A DNA stretch of 53,326 nt from an uncultured Selenomonadaceae bacterium (GTDB lineage: Bacteria > Bacillota > Negativicutes > Selenomonadales > Selenomonadaceae): NCBI GenBank assembly GCA_905234505.1, contig CAJOIA010000005.1, forward strand, positions 1 to 53,326, given 5' to 3'. Positions within the stretch are counted from its first letter, which is position 1. Each line of letters opens with the position of its first letter. Made by a program: the position numbers and the translations under genes. This document shows positions 26,340 to 36,166 of this stretch, in pieces. The notes under the pieces were generated by a model. It did not search any database. It had not been told where the DNA came from and worked only from the letters and a program-made list of their open reading frames with translations.

Positions 26340-26957
26340 TTAAATTTCTCCGTCCAATAAAGTTGTCTGCATTTTCAGCGGCGAATTGATATCGATTTTC
26401 TTAATAAATTTCGCGGGAACGCCGCCAACCACCGTGTAAGGCTCAACATTTTTAGTAACAACCGCTCCCGCTGCAACAACCGACCATTCACCAATCGTCA
26501 CGCCCTGCAAAATCGTCGCGTTCGAGCCAATCCAAACATTGTCACAAATTTTAATCGGCTTGTAATAGAGTTTGCGATTCATGCGCGGGTCTAAATCGTG
26601 TGTAGCGGTTGCCAAGACTACATTGTGCCCGATAAAAACGCCGTCGCCAATTGTGATACCGCCTTGATCTTGAAACTTACAGCCCGCGTTGATAAAAACA
26701 TTTTTGCCGAAAGAAATATTTTTTCCAAAATCGGCATTGAACGGCGGGAAAAGCCTAAATGTCGAATCAACCTGCTTATGAGTGAGCCGCGACATAATTT
26801 CAACAATTTCTTCAGGCGTGTGGTAAGCTGTGTTAAGTTCCATTTCAATTCTGCGCGATTCTTGGCAAAGTTCACGGAAAAAATTCAAGCGTTCAGGCTT
26901 TTTAGCGGCGGGATGATTTTCGTCAGCGAAAGTTGCCAAAAGCTCCTCAAGTGTCAT
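26340..26957 (-). CDS. Maltose/galactoside O-acetyltransferase-like (left-handed beta-helix)
   Basis: Mac N-terminal domain plus hexapeptide repeats (VWIGSNATILQGVTIGEWSVVAAGAVVTKNV). Confidence 0.85.
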   Translation of the reverse strand: MTLEELLATFADENHPAAKKPERLNFFRELCQESRRIEMELNTAYHTPEEIVEIMSRLTHKQVDSTFRLFPPFNADFGKNISFGKNVFINAGCKFQDQGGITIGDGVFIGHNVVLATATHDLDPRMNRKLYYKPIKICDNVWIGSNATILQGVTIGEWSVVAAGAVVTKNVEPYTVVGGVPAKFIKKIDINSPLKMQTTLLDGEI

Positions 26958-27128
26958 AAAAAATTCCTCCTATGAGTTTTTATAAATTTTAAAACGAAAA
27001 GCGCCGCGTGTAAAGTGCAAAAAATTTTTCTAAATGGCAGGGATTTTCTTTCGCTTCATAGAATTTTTATCAGCAAATTTTTTAGCGACATTTGCGTGAA
27101 TGTCGACTTTACGGAAGGGGATGTTATT

Positions 27129-27593
27129 GTGAACGTAAAACTCGCTAATCCGTTTATTGAGGCGTTCATGAAGGTTATGCCGCTTTTAGGTTGTCCAAAT
27201 CCCAAGAGAATCAAAGTTTATTTGCAGGACGACAATGTTGTTAGCGCAGGCGTTTCGGTTCGCGTCAGTTTTACCAAAGGCTTGATGGGTAGCGTTGTTT
27301 ATAATATGCACGAAGACACGGCGAAATTTATTGCCTCAACAATGATGATGGGGATGCCTGTTGCCGGATTTGACGACCTTGCCAAAAGCGCCATTTCAGA
27401 GCTTTCAAATATGCTCACGGCAAACGCTACAACAAATCTTACATCGCTGGGATTTTTGGCAGATATCGCGCCGCCTCAGTTAGTTGTTGGCACAGGCACG
27501 CCGCTGCCTATGGGTTTACCCCAATCTTTGGGCGTCGCAATGGACGTTGGCGGGCATGTTGTTGACATTCTCATCGGAATTAAAAAAGCTTAA
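27129..27593 (+). CDS. cheX: CheX-family chemotaxis phosphatase
   Basis: CheX/CheC-like sequence (NPFIEAFMKVMPLLG...SAISELSNMLTANA). GTG at 27129 follows GGAAGGGGA. Confidence 0.7.
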   Translation: MNVKLANPFIEAFMKVMPLLGCPNPKRIKVYLQDDNVVSAGVSVRVSFTKGLMGSVVYNMHEDTAKFIASTMMMGMPVAGFDDLAKSAISELSNMLTANATTNLTSLGFLADIAPPQLVVGTGTPLPMGLPQSLGVAMDVGGHVVDILIGIKKA

Positions 27594-27621
27594 TAAAAAA
27601 ACGCGGCGCCTTTTTGCCACG
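27594..27621 (-). terminator. Terminator after the 92-aa ORF (also 3' of cheX)
   Basis: Reverse strand reads cguggc-aaaaaggc-gccgcg (one G-U pair) followed by UUUUUUUA. Confidence 0.4.
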
Positions 27622-27634
27622 TTCATTAAAAATT

Positions 27635-27913
27635 TTAGATACCGCCGAAAATTCTTCCGGCAAAACTCGGAGGCAGACCACCATTCAAATTACCGTTCAA
27701 ATCGTAAGCAGAGTTAATTGCTTTGTTTGCTTCTTGACCGGCGTCAATTTCGTTTGAAAGTCTCACATGAGCTGTTGCCGCGATTATTTCGGCGGCGTCT
27801 TTTTGATTGGAGGATTTGTCCTGCGGGCAATTTGGAAATTCATCTTCAAAAAAAGTCCCCGCGTACATATCGCCGAATGCATTTTCACCAAAAAAATCTT
27901 TATCGTCGCTCAT
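27635..27913 (-). CDS. Hypothetical acidic 92-aa protein
   Basis: Strong RBS GGGGGTGA 4 nt before the ATG. Flanked by terminators on both sides. No motif recognised. Confidence 0.5.
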   Translation of the reverse strand: MSDDKDFFGENAFGDMYAGTFFEDEFPNCPQDKSSNQKDAAEIIAATAHVRLSNEIDAGQEANKAINSAYDLNGNLNGGLPPSFAGRIFGGI

Positions 27914-27934
27914 AAAATCACCCCCGCGAATATT

Positions 27935-27982
27935 AAAAACCCTTCCAAAGATTTTGTCAATGGAAGGGTCATTTTTATTTTT
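27935..27982. terminator. Bidirectional intrinsic terminator after flgD
   Basis: cccttcca-N13-tggaaggg, flanked by A5 on one side and TCATTTTTATTTTT on the other. Confidence 0.6.
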
Positions 27983-27994
27983 AAGATTTTCAGT

Positions 27995-28549
27995 TTAAAT
28001 TTCGCTGGTTGTTTCAACAGCGTTTTCTTGAGCGGTTGCTTCAGTAAGCTCGTAAACATTGCTGATATTTGAAATATTGACGTAATGATTAGAACCGTCC
28101 GCCGCCGTGACGATAACGCGAGTAACGCCGTCAGCCACAGTTACGCCGGTAATGACGCCGCTATAATCCTGCGTTGAGGCAACGGGATTGCCTTCTTCGT
28201 CAGCGCTTTGTACTTCTTCGGACCAATCAACGCCCTTGCCAATCATGCTTGAAAGTTGCCCGACCAAAACTGAAGTATCGATATTGCCGACCATTGTGTT
28301 AATTTCTTTGAGCGCGTCAGTCATATTTGTAATTTGTTCAAGCGAGGAGAATTGCGCCATTTCCGCGATAAATTCATTGTTATCTTGCGGTTCGAGCGGA
28401 TCTTGATATTGAAGCTGAGTCACCAGCAATTTGATAAATGCGTCTTTGTCAAGCTCGCGGTCTTTCGAGGTTTTAGTCTGTGTATTCGCGTAAGCTTCAG
28501 AATTATAAGTTACGCCGTCGACAGTTATTGTATTCAGTGGATTTGACAT
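27995..28549 (-). CDS. flgD: Flagellar hook assembly (capping) protein FlgD
   Basis: Contains DKDAFIKLLVTQLQYQDPLEPQDNNEFIAEMAQFSSLEQ. ATG at 28549 lies 7 nt after GGAGGT. Confidence 0.85.
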   Translation of the reverse strand: MSNPLNTITVDGVTYNSEAYANTQTKTSKDRELDKDAFIKLLVTQLQYQDPLEPQDNNEFIAEMAQFSSLEQITNMTDALKEINTMVGNIDTSVLVGQLSSMIGKGVDWSEEVQSADEEGNPVASTQDYSGVITGVTVADGVTRVIVTAADGSNHYVNISNISNVYELTEATAQENAVETTSEI

Positions 28550-28564
28550 TTTCATTACCTCCAA

Positions 28565-30871
28565 TTAAACTTTGTAATCTACGCCATCGGCAGAAATTGA
28601 ATCGTTAACTGGCGCGAGTGCGTCAACTTCTTCTTCGAGCGCGCTAAAATCAATACGCCCGCCGTTTCTGTTAGGTTGTTGCTGATTTTGCTGCCAAGCT
28701 TGCTGTCCTTGTCCATTAGTCAAGCCGCCGTCGCTCAATCCTGCGTAAACTTGCACATTTTCAACTTTCAATCCTTGGTCGTTAAGTTCCTGCTTAAGCT
28801 GAACAAGTGAATTTTCGATAGCCGCCCGAACTTGTGCATTGTCGCTATAGAAATTGGCAGTGAGCGCGCCATTTTGAGCAACCGAAACGCGAATTGTCAA
28901 TTGTCCCAAATGCTCCGGCTTAAGATTTATAACCATTTCGGTATTTTCGCTGTTACGAATTAAACGGGCGCTTTCAATGATTTGGTTTGGAATATTGAAA
29001 GGTTCACGCGGCGCTTGAGCGGTTGCATTTGCATTTTGCGCTTGCGCAGTGGCTGTTGGCTGAGCAGGTGAGGTATTATTCAGCACTGGCGATAAATTCT
29101 GCGCGAAAGAGCCTTCACCTGAGCTGGTAGGCTGCGCGGAAACTTCAGCTGTTGAGACCTGCGCTAAATTTTGTTGGAAATTTTCAGCGGTGAATTGTTG
29201 TTGCGATTGATTTTGAGCGAATTGCTGTTGCGGCGCTGTTTGCTGTGTTGGATTTACAGGCGCGCTTGCAGGATTATCTTGCATTGGCGAATCAAAATTC
29301 ATTAAATCTTGCGGTACATTTTGATGAAAGATTCGAGCGTCAACCTGCGGCAAAATTGCGTTTACCTGCGGGATTTGTTGTTCAAATTGTTGTGGAGATA
29401 TCGGCGGCAATTCGACTGGCGATTGTTGCTGTGAATTTTGAATTAGCGTCAGAGGCGAAGCAACCGCTTGAAATTGCGGCTGAGGTACTTGAGATTGCGT
29501 CAATGTTTGGAATTGTACCGGCTGTTGATTTTGTTGCATTTGTAAAGGCGCGGCTTGTGCGGGCTGTTGTGCTTGCTCATTCAAAATTTGTATAGGTTGT
29601 TCAATTTCAATTGGCGCTGATAAATTTTGTTGAATTTGCGGCTGAATTGGTTGAATTTGCGATTGAACTTGTTGCAAAGGCTGAGTGTTTTGCTCTGTAG
29701 AAATTTGCGGTTGTACTGTTAAAATTTGCTCTTGCGGTTGCTGCGTTAAATTTTGTGGCGACTGCGCGAATTGATTTAAAGATTGTAAAGGTTGCGGCTG
29801 CGTCGATATTTGCAGCGGCTGAGTCATTTTGTTATTCGCAGTGAAAGTTTCTGGCGAATTTACTTGAAGGTTTTGCTGTGGAAGTGGCGGATTTTGTTGC
29901 AATTCAAGATTTTGGTTTGAATTTAATGAGGCGGGTTGAAATTCATTGGTCGACAGAGCGGGAGGAGGTTGATTTTGCGCGGCGATGCTTTCTTGAACAT
30001 CAGCGGATTTCCAAGTTTTTCCGCTTAGAATATCGAGCATAGATTGCGCTGTACCGTCGTTTGATTGCGGCATAATAGCCATTAAATTGACAGCAGAGGT
30101 ATTTTCGGTAGCTTTAGTTTGCAATAAGCTCTCAGGATGCGACACAAAGAAAAATGGCGAATTTAATTCAGCGGGTGGTATTTCCGGCAATTCTGCAGTT
30201 TCAGGAATTTCTTCAGCCGATTCAGTTTCAATTTTAATTGGCGCTTCAATTTCAGCTGTGACAGAATTATTAACCGGAACAAAAACGCTGTCGGGCAAAT
30301 CATTTTCCAACGGCGCGGGAATATCCTCTGTAATTTCAGCATTAACAGGCACAAAAATATCTGCCGGAATTTCCATGCCCTCAACATTAGCCGGAATTTC
30401 AATTTGTTCAGCTTGTAAATTTTCAGTGGGCACTTGTTCAGCCGGAATTTGTTCAACTGGCGCTTGAGCTGCTGGAACTTGCTCGGCGGTTGCGGTTTTC
30501 GCTGGTACCTGTTCTGCGGAAGTTTCAGCTTGAGCGGGTTTTTGATTTATTTCTTGGGGCGCGTCCTGCGCTTGATTATTCTGTCCTTGAGGCGGCGTTT
30601 TTGCAACGACGTCTGAAGAATCGGTCTTAGCGTCAGTTTTAGTCGCAACTGGTTCATCATTTGGTAATTCTTTAGCGCGCGGCGCAGGCTGACTCTGACG
30701 GTTAATTTGATTATTGGCTTTATTCAGTGCGGAATTAAAATCGCTGGTATTTGAATGCCTTGACGAATAGCTGTGTTGTGTGCCTTTATAAGTTCTTGAA
30801 GAATTTGAATTGACCGACCTTGAAGGTTGGGTAATGTCTATCGAGACTATATTTGTATTTGCGTTTGCCAT
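28565..30871 (-). CDS. fliK: Flagellar hook-length control protein FliK (very long Q/P-rich linker)
   Basis: C-terminal Flg_hook-like domain (LKPEHLGQLTIRVSVAQNGALTANFYSDNAQVRAAIE). Sits upstream of flgD. RBS AAAGGAGAGG. Confidence 0.75.
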   Translation of the reverse strand: MANANTNIVSIDITQPSRSVNSNSSRTYKGTQHSYSSRHSNTSDFNSALNKANNQINRQSQPAPRAKELPNDEPVATKTDAKTDSSDVVAKTPPQGQNNQAQDAPQEINQKPAQAETSAEQVPAKTATAEQVPAAQAPVEQIPAEQVPTENLQAEQIEIPANVEGMEIPADIFVPVNAEITEDIPAPLENDLPDSVFVPVNNSVTAEIEAPIKIETESAEEIPETAELPEIPPAELNSPFFFVSHPESLLQTKATENTSAVNLMAIMPQSNDGTAQSMLDILSGKTWKSADVQESIAAQNQPPPALSTNEFQPASLNSNQNLELQQNPPLPQQNLQVNSPETFTANNKMTQPLQISTQPQPLQSLNQFAQSPQNLTQQPQEQILTVQPQISTEQNTQPLQQVQSQIQPIQPQIQQNLSAPIEIEQPIQILNEQAQQPAQAAPLQMQQNQQPVQFQTLTQSQVPQPQFQAVASPLTLIQNSQQQSPVELPPISPQQFEQQIPQVNAILPQVDARIFHQNVPQDLMNFDSPMQDNPASAPVNPTQQTAPQQQFAQNQSQQQFTAENFQQNLAQVSTAEVSAQPTSSGEGSFAQNLSPVLNNTSPAQPTATAQAQNANATAQAPREPFNIPNQIIESARLIRNSENTEMVINLKPEHLGQLTIRVSVAQNGALTANFYSDNAQVRAAIENSLVQLKQELNDQGLKVENVQVYAGLSDGGLTNGQGQQAWQQNQQQPNRNGGRIDFSALEEEVDALAPVNDSISADGVDYKV

Positions 30872-31026
30872 AACTGCCTCTCCTTTCTAAAAGAGTATCG
30901 ATATTTTTAACGAGGCGATTAAATTTTTTAACGCGCGGCGTCTTGGTATCCGCGCGGATTTTTTTTGTGTACTAATTTTTTCTAACCTGTTATAATGACT
31001 AAAATTTTTGCGAAGGAGTGATAAAT

Positions 31027-33558
31027 TTGTTCGGCTTTCTAAAAAGGTTTTTCGGTGACAACAACGACAAAGAAATTGAGCGAATGCAAAAGACCGTTGA
31101 CAAGATTAACGCGCTTGAAGCATCTTTGCAAAGTTATACAGATGATAAACTTGCTAGCTCGACTGAAAGATTTCGCGAGCGGCTGAAAAATGGCGAAACT
31201 CTCGATGATATTTTGCCTGAAGCTTTTGCCGTAACCCGTGAAGCCTCGCGCAGAGTTTTAGGAATGCGGCATTTCGACGTTCAGCTAATCGGCGGAATTT
31301 GTCTGCATGAAGGCAAGATTGCTGAAATGAAAACCGGTGAAGGCAAAACATTGGTTGCAACTTTGCCGGTTTATCTTAACGCGCTTGAAGGCAAAGGCGT
31401 GCATATGGTCACAGTCAACGATTATCTTGCAAAGCGCGATTCTGAATGGATGGGGCGGCTTTATACATTTTTGGGGCTGACTGTTGGCTTGATTGTTCAC
31501 GATATGGATTTTCCAGAGCGTAAATATTCTTACGGTTGCGACGTGACTTTTGGCACAAACAACGAATTTGGATTTGATTATCTGCGCGACAACATGGTTA
31601 TTCACCAGGAGCAGATGGTTCAGCGTGATTTGCATTATGCTATCGTCGATGAAGTTGATTCGATTTTGATTGACGAGGCGCGGACGCCGCTGATAATTTC
31701 TGGACCTGGCGCTAAATCAACTGAAATGTACGCTGTAATGGCGCGGGCGGTTGCAAATCTGCGCGAGGGCGAAGATTACACTGTTGACGAAAAGCAGAAA
31801 ACCGTTTCGCCGAAAGATGAAGTTATTCCGAAGATTGAGCAGCGACTTGGAATAAATAATTTATACGCGCCAGAGAATATTGAGCTGTCGCACTGTTTTA
31901 CTGCCGCGCTCAGAGCTAAGGCGCTAATGAAACGCGATCGCGATTATGTTGTGCGCGACGACGAAATTATCATCGTTGACGAATTTACAGGGCGTTTAAT
32001 GGCGGGGCGCAGATATTCTGACGGTTTGCATCAAGCTATCGAGGCTAAGGAAGGCGTTAAAATTCGACGCGAAAGTCAAACGCTGGCTACGATAACTTTT
32101 CAAAATTATTTTCGTATGTACAACAAACTCGCCGGTATGACGGGCACGGCTAAAACTGAAGAAGATGAATTTTTAAAGATTTACAAATTGCCGGTTATCG
32201 TTGTTCCCACAAATAAGCCGGTTCAGCGCGTCGACCATCCCGACGTTATTTACAAAAATAAACGCGCCAAATATCGCGCAGTCGGTGCGGCTGTTGAAGA
32301 AATTCACGCGAAAGGGCAACCTGTTTTAATCGGCACAACTTCAATCACGCAGTCCGAAGAATTGAGCATGATTTTGAAAAAGCGCGGCATTCCTCACAGC
32401 GTTTTAAATGCGAAGTTCCACGAAAAAGAAGCTGAAATTGTTGCTGACGCTGGTCAGAAAAATGCTGTGACAATAGCGACGAATATGGCGGGACGCGGCA
32501 CTGATATTAAACTTGGTGAAGGCGTTCCGGAATTGGGCGGTTTGTTTATAATTGGCACTGAGCGCCATGAATCGCGCAGAATTGATAATCAATTGCGCGG
32601 GCGCAGTGGTCGTCAAGGTGACCCTGGCGCGTCAAGATTTTATCTTTCGCTGGAAGATGATTTAATGCGGCTTTTCGCCTCTGATAACGTTGCAAAGATT
32701 ATGGACAAGCTCGGTATGGAAGAAGACGAGCCGATTGAACATTCGCTGATAACAAAATCGATTGAGCACGCGCAGAAAAAAGTTGAGGCGCGCAATTTCG
32801 ACATTCGCAAACACGTTTTGGAATATGACGACGTTATGAATCAGCAGCGCGAAGTTATTTATGGCGAGCGAAAAAAAATCCTAAACGGCGAAAATCTGCG
32901 CGAAAATATTGTTGGCATGGTCAATCACATTATCAAGGAAGAAATGAATCAATACGCCAATGAAAAGCTTTATCCGGAAGAATGGCAGCTTGAGGAACTG
33001 ATTAAAGACGCTGAAAAAATTTATGCTGCGCCTGGGCAATTGCAACTTTCTGAGTTGGAAAATATGAGTCGCGACGAATTGAAAGAGCACCTTGAAAAAA
33101 TTGCCGCCGATAATTATCGCAAGCGTGAAGAAATGTTTGGCGAACAAAATATGCGCGAGCTGGAGCGCGTTATAATGTTGCGCGTGGTTGATAATAAATG
33201 GATGGAACATCTCGACCATATGGATATGCTCCGCGAAGGTATCAGTTTGCGCGCGTATGGGCAAAGAAACCCGCTTGCCGAATATAAAATTGAAGCGTTG
33301 ACAATGTTTCAAGAAATGGAAGCGGCGATTCAAGACCAAATTGCGGCGCTGATTTATCACGTGGCAATTGTCGCGCAGGAAGAGCAGCAAGTTCAAGATC
33401 GATTGCAAAATGCGCAGGCGTCTCACGGCAATGAAGTTAGTCCCGCTGAATCTAAAAAAACGCCCAAAACTGCTGATGGTAAAAAAATCGGACGCAATGA
33501 CCCTTGCCCGTGCGGTAGCGGCAAAAAATACAAAAATTGTTGCGGACGTGGAAAATAA
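31027..33558 (+). CDS. secA: Preprotein translocase ATPase SecA
   Basis: Full-length SecA with a C-terminal zinc motif ([14 protein letters not shown]). TTG at 31027 ([10 protein letters not shown]) lies 8 nt after GAAGGAG. The ORF-track GTG at 31018 overlaps the RBS. Confidence 0.95.
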   Translation: MFGFLKRFFGDNNDKEIERMQKTVDKINALEASLQSYTDDKLASSTERFRERLKNGETLDDILPEAFAVTREASRRVLGMRHFDVQLIGGICLHEGKIAEMKTGEGKTLVATLPVYLNALEGKGVHMVTVNDYLAKRDSEWMGRLYTFLGLTVGLIVHDMDFPERKYSYGCDVTFGTNNEFGFDYLRDNMVIHQEQMVQRDLHYAIVDEVDSILIDEARTPLIISGPGAKSTEMYAVMARAVANLREGEDYTVDEKQKTVSPKDEVIPKIEQRLGINNLYAPENIELSHCFTAALRAKALMKRDRDYVVRDDEIIIVDEFTGRLMAGRRYSDGLHQAIEAKEGVKIRRESQTLATITFQNYFRMYNKLAGMTGTAKTEEDEFLKIYKLPVIVVPTNKPVQRVDHPDVIYKNKRAKYRAVGAAVEEIHAKGQPVLIGTTSITQSEELSMILKKRGIPHSVLNAKFHEKEAEIVADAGQKNAVTIATNMAGRGTDIKLGEGVPELGGLFIIGTERHESRRIDNQLRGRSGRQGDPGASRFYLSLEDDLMRLFASDNVAKIMDKLGMEEDEPIEHSLITKSIEHAQKKVEARNFDIRKHVLEYDDVMNQQREVIYGERKKILNGENLRENIVGMVNHIIKEEMNQYANEKLYPEEWQLEELIKDAEKIYAAPGQLQLSELENMSRDELKEHLEKIAADNYRKREEMFGEQNMRELERVIMLRVVDNKWMEHLDHMDMLREGISLRAYGQRNPLAEYKIEALTMFQEMEAAIQDQIAALIYHVAIVAQEEQQVQDRLQNAQASHGNEVSPAESKKTPKTADGKKIGRNDPCPCGSGKKYKNCCGRGK

Positions 33559-33584
33559 TTGACTGGAGGACTTTTTTACAATGA

Positions 33585-34310
33585 ATGAGAATATTACCCC
33601 CCCCCCATCGAATTCCGGCTTTAACCAAGTCTATTGGTTATCCGTCAATTGTTGTCACGTCTATTCAAGGCATTAAAACTCCATTTGCCTATCGAGAAGT
33701 GGACAAGCCAATTGTTGATGATATTTTTGTAAATGAGCCTTATAAATTGAATTTGACAGATTTTCAACCAAAGCTGATTTTAGATTGTGGCGGAAATATC
33801 GGCTGTGCGGCGGTTTATTTTGCCGATAAATATCCAGATGCGCAAATTTATTCGATTGAGCCGCAAAAGAACAACTTTAAAGTTCTTCAATACAACACGC
33901 TTTTTTATGATAACATTCACCCGATAAATTCGGCGCTGTGGGGCAAGGAAACTTTTATTCGCGTTGAAGATAAAGGCTATGGCGTTGCAGCATATATGAC
34001 GGCTGAAACAACTGAAGATGAGCCGGATGCTTTTAAGACTGTAACGATTTCAAAACTCCTGCGCGAATCCGGCTTTGAAGAAATTGATCTGCTGAAGGTT
34101 GACATTGAAGGCGCTGAAAAAGAAGTTTTTGGCGCTGAAGATGTTGACGATTGGCTTTCCAAAGTTAAAGTTTTGATTATCGAATTGCACGACAGAATGA
34201 AAGCCGGTTGCTCTTACGAATTTTTTAAGGCTATTTCAAAATATCACTGGCACTTTAAATTTCGCGGAGAAAATCTGATTTTTATTCGCGAAGATATGAT
34301 GAAACAATAA
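33585..34310 (+). CDS. FkbM-family SAM-dependent methyltransferase
   Basis: Contains DCGGNIGCAAVYFADKYPDAQIYSIEPQKNNFKVL. A C10 tract lies in codons 5-8. The better-placed ATG at 33581 is out of frame at the present tract length. Confidence 0.8.
   Translation: MRILPPPHRIPALTKSIGYPSIVVTSIQGIKTPFAYREVDKPIVDDIFVNEPYKLNLTDFQPKLILDCGGNIGCAAVYFADKYPDAQIYSIEPQKNNFKVLQYNTLFYDNIHPINSALWGKETFIRVEDKGYGVAAYMTAETTEDEPDAFKTVTISKLLRESGFEEIDLLKVDIEGAEKEVFGAEDVDDWLSKVKVLIIELHDRMKAGCSYEFFKAISKYHWHFKFRGENLIFIREDMMKQ
33597..33606 (+). repeat. Homopolymeric C10 tract
   Basis: Ten consecutive C, counted directly, in an AT-rich genome and within the first 25 nt of the FkbM gene. Confidence 0.95.
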
Positions 34311-34328
34311 TTTTTAGGATGTGATTAA

Positions 34329-35436
34329 ATGCTTGAAGATAAAAAATTGGAGCTTAATGCTCTGCGCGAAAAGTTGAGCGAAATGGGGGATTCACTTTGA
34401 CATTGCCAACAAGGAAGAGAAAATTGCCGAGTTGGAATACAAGATGGGCGAGCCGACTTTTTGGGATAATCCTGAAGCCGCTCAACAAATTACTCAGGAA
34501 CTGAACGGTATAAAATCTGGCGTTGATACCTATAAAAATTTGCTGGCGAAATATGACGACGCGCAGACTTTATTGGAATTGGCGCTTGAAGAAGAAGATA
34601 CTTCGCTGGAAAATGACATTGCTGCCGAAATTGAAAATATTAAAGCCGGTCTTGAAGATTTGCGCTTAGAAATTTTATTGAGCGAGCCATACGACGCCAA
34701 TAATGCGATATTGACATTGCACGCGGGCGCAGGCGGTACTGAAGCGCAAGATTGGACGCAAATGCTTTTAAGAATGTACGTGCGTTGGTCGGAGCGTCAT
34801 GGTTTCACTGTAGAGACGGCTGATATTTTGCCTGGCGATGAAGCCGGCGTTAAATCTGTCACGCTTTTTATCAAGGGTCATAATGCTTACGGTTTTTTGA
34901 AGTCTGAGAAAGGTATTCACCGGCTGGTAAGAATTTCGCCGTTCGATTCAAATGCTCGGCGTCATACTTCTTTTTCTGCGTGCGATATTATGCCCGAAAT
35001 TGACGATGCCGTTGAAGTTGACATCAATATGGCGGATGTCCGCGTTGATACCTACAGAGCAAGCGGCGCGGGTGGTCAGCATATTAATAAAACTTCGTCC
35101 GCCGTTCGTATGACGCACATTCCAACTGGTATAGTCGTTCAATGCCAGAATGAGCGTTCACAACTTCAAAATCGCGAGCAATGTTTAAAAATGTTGCGCG
35201 CTAAACTTTTTGAGCTTGAGCTTGAGAAGAAAGAAATGGAACTTGCAAAACTTGAGGGCGACCGCATGAAAATTGAATGGGGTAGTCAAATTCGCTCTTA
35301 CGTTTTTCAGCCTTATACAATGGTTAAAGATTTACGCACAGGCGAAGAAACCGGCAATGTTCAAGCCGTTATGGATGGCGAAATTGATAATTTTATTCGC
35401 GCGTATTTGGCTATGAAGGCGAATGTTGCCGTTTGA
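34329..35436 (+). CDS. prfB: Peptide chain release factor 2, with +1 programmed frameshift
   Basis: ORF0 (34329-34400) is MLEDKKLELNALREKLSEMGDSL and ends in CTT TGA C, preceded by the internal SD-like GGGGGA. The +1 frame continues DIANKEEKIAELEYKMGEPTFWDN and includes SPF and GGQ motifs. Confidence 0.95.
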
Positions 35437-35449
35437 AGGAGTTTTATTG

Positions 35450-36166
35450 ATGAAAAAATTTTTAGCGTTAATGATAATTTTGTTGGCAATTTTGGGCGCG
35501 CTGTTGCAATTCGTATTGCCGCGAACGGTTGAAAGTATTGTAGCCGAACAAATTACAAATGCGACGGCGGCTGAGGACGTTGCAGTTTCATTGAGCGCAA
35601 ATCCAAACGCCAGAATTGCACTGGGCGAAATTGACAGAGTTCACGGCACAGCTAACGAAGGGCGCATTGGCGATATTAATTTTAAAAATTTGACTGTGGA
35701 CGGTGAAAAAATTTATCTTGACGTTCCGGAATTGCTTTTTCCAAGCAAAAATTTAAATGCTCGGGAACGTACCAATAAAATTCTGCAACACGCTGATAAA
35801 ATTGAATTACGCGGTATTGTCACCGAAGACGAACTGAAAAATTTTATTGCTAGTAAGGACGTTAAATTTGAAGACCCTAAAGTTAAACTTATGCCCGAAG
35901 AAGCTACTGCCTCCGCTCGCGTTAAATTTTTCGGCAGAACTATTGATGTTTCGGTTGCCGGCATTTTCACGGTCAGCAACGGCGAAATTTTCTTCCACAT
36001 TAACAAGCTGAATACCAATTCGATTTTGAGCCGCGTTAATCCGGATAGTTTTGTTAGCGATCTTAAAATTATCGACAGTTCGAATTTGCCGATTGGCTTA
36101 AAATTTGATTCTGTCGAACTGCGCGAAGGTGAAGTTGTTGTAACGGCAGTTACTTCCAAAAAATGA
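35450..36166 (+). CDS. DUF2993 (LmeA-like) membrane-anchored protein
   Basis: N-terminal TM segment, then DUF2993-like repeats. ATG at 35450 follows GAAGGAG. Confidence 0.55.
   Translation: MKKFLALMIILLAILGALLQFVLPRTVESIVAEQITNATAAEDVAVSLSANPNARIALGEIDRVHGTANEGRIGDINFKNLTVDGEKIYLDVPELLFPSKNLNARERTNKILQHADKIELRGIVTEDELKNFIASKDVKFEDPKVKLMPEEATASARVKFFGRTIDVSVAGIFTVSNGEIFFHINKLNTNSILSRVNPDSFVSDLKIIDSSNLPIGLKFDSVELREGEVVVTAVTSKK

Noticed and set aside
28565-30871. Repetitive Q/P-rich DNA in fliK as a mobile or satellite repeat
   Set aside because: The ORF is continuous with a recognisable FliK C-terminal domain. The repetitiveness is protein low complexity. The overlapping track ORFs (29245..29595, 30087..30467 and others) are by-products.
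30935-30968. Plus-strand terminator-like palindrome (gcgcgg...ccgcgc, atccgcgcggat, T8) upstream of secA; also a weak sigma28-like TAAT-N15-TCGATA on the minus strand upstream of fliK
   Set aside because: No plus-strand gene or convincing promoter precedes the hairpin. The sigma28 match is partial. Neither is called without transcript data.
34398-34400. In-frame TGA in prfB as evidence of a pseudogene
   Set aside because: It is the classical programmed +1 frameshift site.
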